Origin: Methanoregula sp.
GTDB taxonomy: Archaea > Halobacteriota > Methanomicrobia > Methanomicrobiales > Methanospirillaceae
DNA length: 64,000 bases
Direction: 5' to 3'
Assembly: GCA_035353675.1 (NCBI GenBank)
Contig: DAOQAA010000003.1
Coordinates: 781 to 64,780 of the forward strand
Shown: in pieces, positions 59,770 to 64,000 of the stretch
How the letters are laid out: each line of letters begins with the position of its first letter
Numbering within the stretch: position 1 is the first letter of the stretch
Notes under the pieces: generated by a model
Seen by the model: the letters and a program-made list of their open reading frames with translations, nothing else
What the model was told of the DNA's origin: nothing
Database searches by the model: none
Made by a program: the position numbers and the translations under genes

Positions 59770-61572
59770 ATGGAGCGGCAGATAATCATCAGGGGACAAC
59801 CGTACACTCACACAGATATTGTACGGTTCTCGGTTATTGCCTCGGTGACGCTCTCGTCTATCCTTATAACGGCTGTCGCCCTGTCGCGTGACGCCGGGCT
59901 TCTCTCTTCACAGCTCTTCTATTTCCCCATCCTTTACGCGACCTATTTCTATCCGAGACGGGGTATTATCCTTGCCGGCCTTTGTGGCATCGTGTATGAA
60001 TGTCTCGCGTATTTCTCGCTTTATCCGAATATGCCGGCTCTCTGGTTTGCCACCGGCCAGGCGGTTCTCTTTATCATTATTGCGCTTGTGGTTACGTACC
60101 TCATCAACCTCATACGGGTGTCGGAAGCACGTTATCGCAGCATCTTTGAGAACTCGCGTGTCGGCATTGTCCTCTTTGACAAGAATGACTTTATGATCAG
60201 GCTTGCAAACCAGCAGTTCGCTGCAATGCTTGGATACACCCCGGAAGAACTCAGCCATATGACATTTTCCCAGGTATTTTCCTCCCGCGACTTTCAGCGC
60301 AGTTTTTTTGAGTACCTGGGATCCGGGGAAGACATCAGGAATTTTGAGACCTGTTTTACCACAAAATCAAACGAACCACACTGGGTTAACCTCTCGTGGA
60401 GCCGGATTGATGACACGGTCGTCAGTTGTTCGGTTATCGATATCAATTCCGAAAAAATTGCCCGGCAGGCAGCCACTGACAGCTCAACCCAGTACCGGCA
60501 GCTTACGGAAAGTTCTCCCACCGGCATCGTGATCACGGAAAAGACAAAGATCCTCTTTGCAAACCCGGCATTCTCTGCTTTTTCCGGCTATGAACCAACG
60601 GAACTATCCGGGCTTGACCTTGCAGATGCGGTCCTTCCTGATGACAGGGAGCGGTTCATGACGTTTGCCAGTCGGTGGGAAACCGCCGCGCCTGTACCAG
60701 ACCGGGATGAATTCCGGTTTATGACAAAGAGCGGTGAAATCCGGCGGGCTGTACTTTACTTTACACCAATAATCCGGAACAACCGGCCTGCCGGGCTCAT
60801 CAACATCGTCGACAACACAGAATGGGAAGAGTACCGCGAGCAGGTCGAGCACACCAAAGAACGGCGGCGCGAGATAATGCAGACCGTCGCACACGAACTC
60901 AGGGCGCCGCTCCAGCCGGTCATGGGATATCTCAACCTGCTCTTAAGCGACCCCCGCTCTTTTGGCATTACCCCGGATGCCCGCCAGATTATCGACCGTT
61001 GCGCAAAGAGTGTTGATCAGGAACGCCAGATTATCAACCAGATGCTCCAGCCATCAGTTATGGAAGGAGAGGAAACAAGTCTCGATTATTCTGTTTTCTC
61101 CGTTCCGGAAGTGGTCAGTGCGGTTATCACAAGCGGGGGTTATGCGCTGAAAGCTGATATTGCAACTGATATCCCTCCGGATCTTACCTTTGAGGCAGAC
61201 CAGAGAAAATTTGCCAATGTTCTCAATGTGCTGATTGCAAACGGCGTGACATATTCAAAACCGCCCAAAAAGGTCTGGATCACGTACCGGGGTTCACCGG
61301 AGGTACCCTTCCACCGGCTTGCGATACAGGACAACGGGGTTGGAATTACCGAAACGCAGCTCGATCAGATTTTTAAACCTGATACAAATGGCGGCAACGG
61401 GTCATCCCATCACGTAAACGGCGACCATGAAATGTCGCTTGCAGTTGCAAAGAGGTATGTCCAGATGCATGGAGGATACATCAGCGTTGACAGTATTGCA
61501 AATATCGGCAGTACGTTTACCATCCATATCCCGAAAAAACGACCAGATGTAAGTGATCGTCATGACGCGTAA
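59770..61572 (+). CDS. Membrane PAS-PAS histidine kinase with a degenerate G2 box
   Basis: Four TM helices, two PAS domains, H-box AHELRAPL, QDNGVGI; G2 box reads DHEMSLA. Confidence 0.9.
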   Translation: MERQIIIRGQPYTHTDIVRFSVIASVTLSSILITAVALSRDAGLLSSQLFYFPILYATYFYPRRGIILAGLCGIVYECLAYFSLYPNMPALWFATGQAVLFIIIALVVTYLINLIRVSEARYRSIFENSRVGIVLFDKNDFMIRLANQQFAAMLGYTPEELSHMTFSQVFSSRDFQRSFFEYLGSGEDIRNFETCFTTKSNEPHWVNLSWSRIDDTVVSCSVIDINSEKIARQAATDSSTQYRQLTESSPTGIVITEKTKILFANPAFSAFSGYEPTELSGLDLADAVLPDDRERFMTFASRWETAAPVPDRDEFRFMTKSGEIRRAVLYFTPIIRNNRPAGLINIVDNTEWEEYREQVEHTKERRREIMQTVAHELRAPLQPVMGYLNLLLSDPRSFGITPDARQIIDRCAKSVDQERQIINQMLQPSVMEGEETSLDYSVFSVPEVVSAVITSGGYALKADIATDIPPDLTFEADQRKFANVLNVLIANGVTYSKPPKKVWITYRGSPEVPFHRLAIQDNGVGITETQLDQIFKPDTNGGNGSSHHVNGDHEMSLAVAKRYVQMHGGYISVDSIANIGSTFTIHIPKKRPDVSDRHDA

Positions 61573-61927
61573 GATTGTTGTTGTCGAGGACGACCAGCCT
61601 ATTCTCGACCTGATGGGAATACTATTAAAAAAACTGGATTACGAGCCGGTACTTATACCAAACGGCCCTGATGCGCTCGCATATGTCAGAACAGAACCAC
61701 CGGCCCTTATTCTTCTGGATATTATGATGTCCCCGATTTCCGGCTGGGAGTTTCTCAACAGGCTGAGGAATGAATACAATATGCGGGACATTCCGGTGAT
61801 CCTTTTCACCGCTTCACCAACCGCAGATGGAAAACTGGAAGAACTTCAGGACCCAAAACTTGGAATGCTCCAGAAACCGGTCACATTCAGCGAGCTCAAA
61901 GCCGCCCTCCGTAAATTTATTGAATAA
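61562..61927 (+). CDS. Stand-alone response regulator receiver
   Basis: VVEDD, LLDIMM, FTA and KP motifs; overlaps the kinase stop. Confidence 0.92.
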   Translation: MTRKIVVVEDDQPILDLMGILLKKLDYEPVLIPNGPDALAYVRTEPPALILLDIMMSPISGWEFLNRLRNEYNMRDIPVILFTASPTADGKLEELQDPKLGMLQKPVTFSELKAALRKFIE

Positions 61928-62114
61928 TTTTTTACGCCGCCATGGATACGGCAGTTGTTTTTACCGGATTTTTTTACTTCTACCGTTTACCCGGATTCTT
62001 GTAAAGAACGCATATGAGGCCCTCCACGCTAGGGACACGACATATATCATTATCTATTTTTAAAAAAAATGAAAATATACGTAAGTTTTCGGTTCGCTAC
62101 CGCCGGAGGGTATC

Positions 62115-64000
62115 ATGATATCGGTATTATGTGTTGACAATGATCCAGCGCTTCTAGAAGCACTAAAAAAGTTCATGGAGCGGGGGGGCGAATTCAGGGT
62201 CGATACGGTATTCTCGGCACGCGAAGCAATAGGCAGGCTAAAAAACGAACGGTACGATGCGCTGGTTGCCGAATACCTGATGCCGGATATGGATGGTATT
62301 GAGTTACTAAAATATATCCGCCCGCGCTGTAACAGAATGCCATTTATCCTTTTTACCGGCAATGGCGGGGAAGATGTTGCAATAGAGGCGCTCAATACCG
62401 GCGCCGACTTTTATCTCCGGAAAGGTAGTGAACCCCGGACCGGTTTTGCTGAACTTGAAACAAAAATACGGTCCGCTGTGGCGCGGCGGCAGAGCGAGCA
62501 GGCGCTTCGCCACTCAGAGTTTGCGTACCGGATGCTTGTTGAAAACCTTGCAGATATCATCTATACGGTAAACGACGAGGAGATCGTCACGTATGCCAGC
62601 CCCCGGATAAGCCGGTTTGGTTACGATTCAAAAGATGTGGTGGGAAAGGACTTTTCCATGCTTCTCTGTGCTGAGGATATCCCCCCGGTTGCACACAACT
62701 TTGCCGAAATAAAACAGGGAATTATTTCATCATTTGACTTCAGGATAACCGATAAGAGCGGCCTGTCCCGGTGGGTGCGGGCATCAGGCCAGCCTTTGAT
62801 AGATCACGGTAAATGTGTCGGCGTACAGGGCCTCTTAACTGAGATTACGGAGGACAAGAGAATTGATGAAGCCCTGAAAGGACGAGAGGTACTGCATGGG
62901 CAGCTTCTCGATACCGCCCCGGACGGGATGTTAATCCTTGATTCCAAAACCTGGACTTTTGTTGAGTTCAACGAAGAAGCCTGTCGGCAACTGGGTTATT
63001 CCCGCGAGGAGTTTGCAGGCCTTACCCTGCGCGACCTTGAAGTGGCAGATGCTCCCGAAAAACTCCGGGAAAAGATCCCAGAAATCTTAAAAAAAGGCCA
63101 GCTGACCTTTGAGACACGCCACCAGGCAAAAGACGACAGTATCCACGATATTATCGTAACTGCACGGGCTGTTGATGGGGACAAACAAAAAAAGATCGCC
63201 GCAATCTTCCATGATGCCACACGGGAGAAAGTGCAGACACAGGCCCTTATTAACCGTGCCGACGGATATGAGAAACTGTATAACCAGTCCCCGGTTGCCT
63301 GCCTGATATTTACCCCGGACGGTTATGTTACAAGTATTAACCGGGCGGGAACTGAACTGCTTGGCTGCAAAAAAGACGAGATTTCTGGAAAAACTATTGA
63401 AGGGTTCATTTCTCCGGACGAACAGGAACAGTTCCGGACAATTATTAAGGAAATGGCACACTCGGGCAATCCCTGCAGTGCAGCACGGTTTACTCTTCTC
63501 CGTAAAGGTGGCGATACCCGTTTTGTCTCCCTTGAGGGCTCTGCAATTCGTGATCCTGCCGGAAAAGCCACACAGCTGTGTGTATTATTAAGCGATATTA
63601 CCGGCATGGTTGAGGAAAACGAAACCTTGCGTTCCTCCGCTGCCGTGGCAAAAGGGGTTATTGCCGGTGCCCGTGACGGGATCATTGCCTGCACCCCGGA
63701 ACTTATCGTGAGCGACTGGAACACGGCAATGGAGGATATCAGCGGGATCCCTGTACATGACGCGCAAAAACAGCCGCTTGCCGAAATGCTGCCGTTCATG
63801 GACTGTAGTGGGCCGGATTCGGCACCAGTACGCGCACTGTCGGGAGAGATTGTAGCTTCCCCGGAATCCCGGTATGAATACCCGGGGACCAAAAAACGCG
63901 GGTGGCTCCGGGCGGTATTCTCTCCCCTGCGGGACGACACCGGTAAAATTGAAGGAATTATTGGAGTGGTCCAGGAGATTACCGTTCGCACGACAGCAGT
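62115..64000 (+). CDS. Receiver + multi-PAS signalling protein (3' truncated by window edge; absent from the ORF track)
   Basis: MISVLCVDND...YDALVAEYLMPDMDGIELL...FILFTG...GADFYLRKG, then several PAS domains; appears open to the window end. Confidence 0.88.
   Translation, partial: MISVLCVDNDPALLEALKKFMERGGEFRVDTVFSAREAIGRLKNERYDALVAEYLMPDMDGIELLKYIRPRCNRMPFILFTGNGGEDVAIEALNTGADFYLRKGSEPRTGFAELETKIRSAVARRQSEQALRHSEFAYRMLVENLADIIYTVNDEEIVTYASPRISRFGYDSKDVVGKDFSMLLCAEDIPPVAHNFAEIKQGIISSFDFRITDKSGLSRWVRASGQPLIDHGKCVGVQGLLTEITEDKRIDEALKGREVLHGQLLDTAPDGMLILDSKTWTFVEFNEEACRQLGYSREEFAGLTLRDLEVADAPEKLREKIPEILKKGQLTFETRHQAKDDSIHDIIVTARAVDGDKQKKIAAIFHDATREKVQTQALINRADGYEKLYNQSPVACLIFTPDGYVTSINRAGTELLGCKKDEISGKTIEGFISPDEQEQFRTIIKEMAHSGNPCSAARFTLLRKGGDTRFVSLEGSAIRDPAGKATQLCVLLSDITGMVEENETLRSSAAVAKGVIAGARDGIIACTPELIVSDWNTAMEDISGIPVHDAQKQPLAEMLPFMDCSGPDSAPVRALSGEIVASPESRYEYPGTKKRGWLRAVFSPLRDDTGKIEGIIGVVQEITVRTTA

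Overview
This looks like chromosomal DNA from a hydrogenotrophic methanogen of the Methanomicrobiales, probably Methanoregula-like. That is an inference from methanogenesis markers 2 and 4 (mtxX), an archaeal histone, RFC-L, PolB, form III RuBisCO and many PAS kinases. Most of the window is housekeeping: hisGAB, uvrA/B/C, recQ, polB, XPD-ogt, pyrD/K, purB, mdh, mobA, feoB-DtxR and an encapsulin with ferritin-like cargo. Five things stand out. (1) An AT-richer four-gene surface cluster (18.4-24.6 kb) has two paralogous secreted subunits, an Ig-like membrane-anchored protein, a palindromic operator and a long leader; it is a candidate undescribed surface filament system. (2) A family of G/C-tract palindromic repeats forms REP/BIME-like mosaics in the long gaps between convergent genes. 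(3) An accessory islet (12.3-15.1 kb) holds a degenerate Hjc-like gene pair, a three-hairpin structured element, hicBA and pseudogenes. (4) A 75-bp MITE with an 8-bp target-site duplication sits at the uvrA stop codon. (5) A microORF-satP-MCP-cheW operon may be an acetate-taxis module. I saw no rRNA, tRNA, CRISPR array or intact transposase. All calls come from reading motifs by eye; no searches were run.
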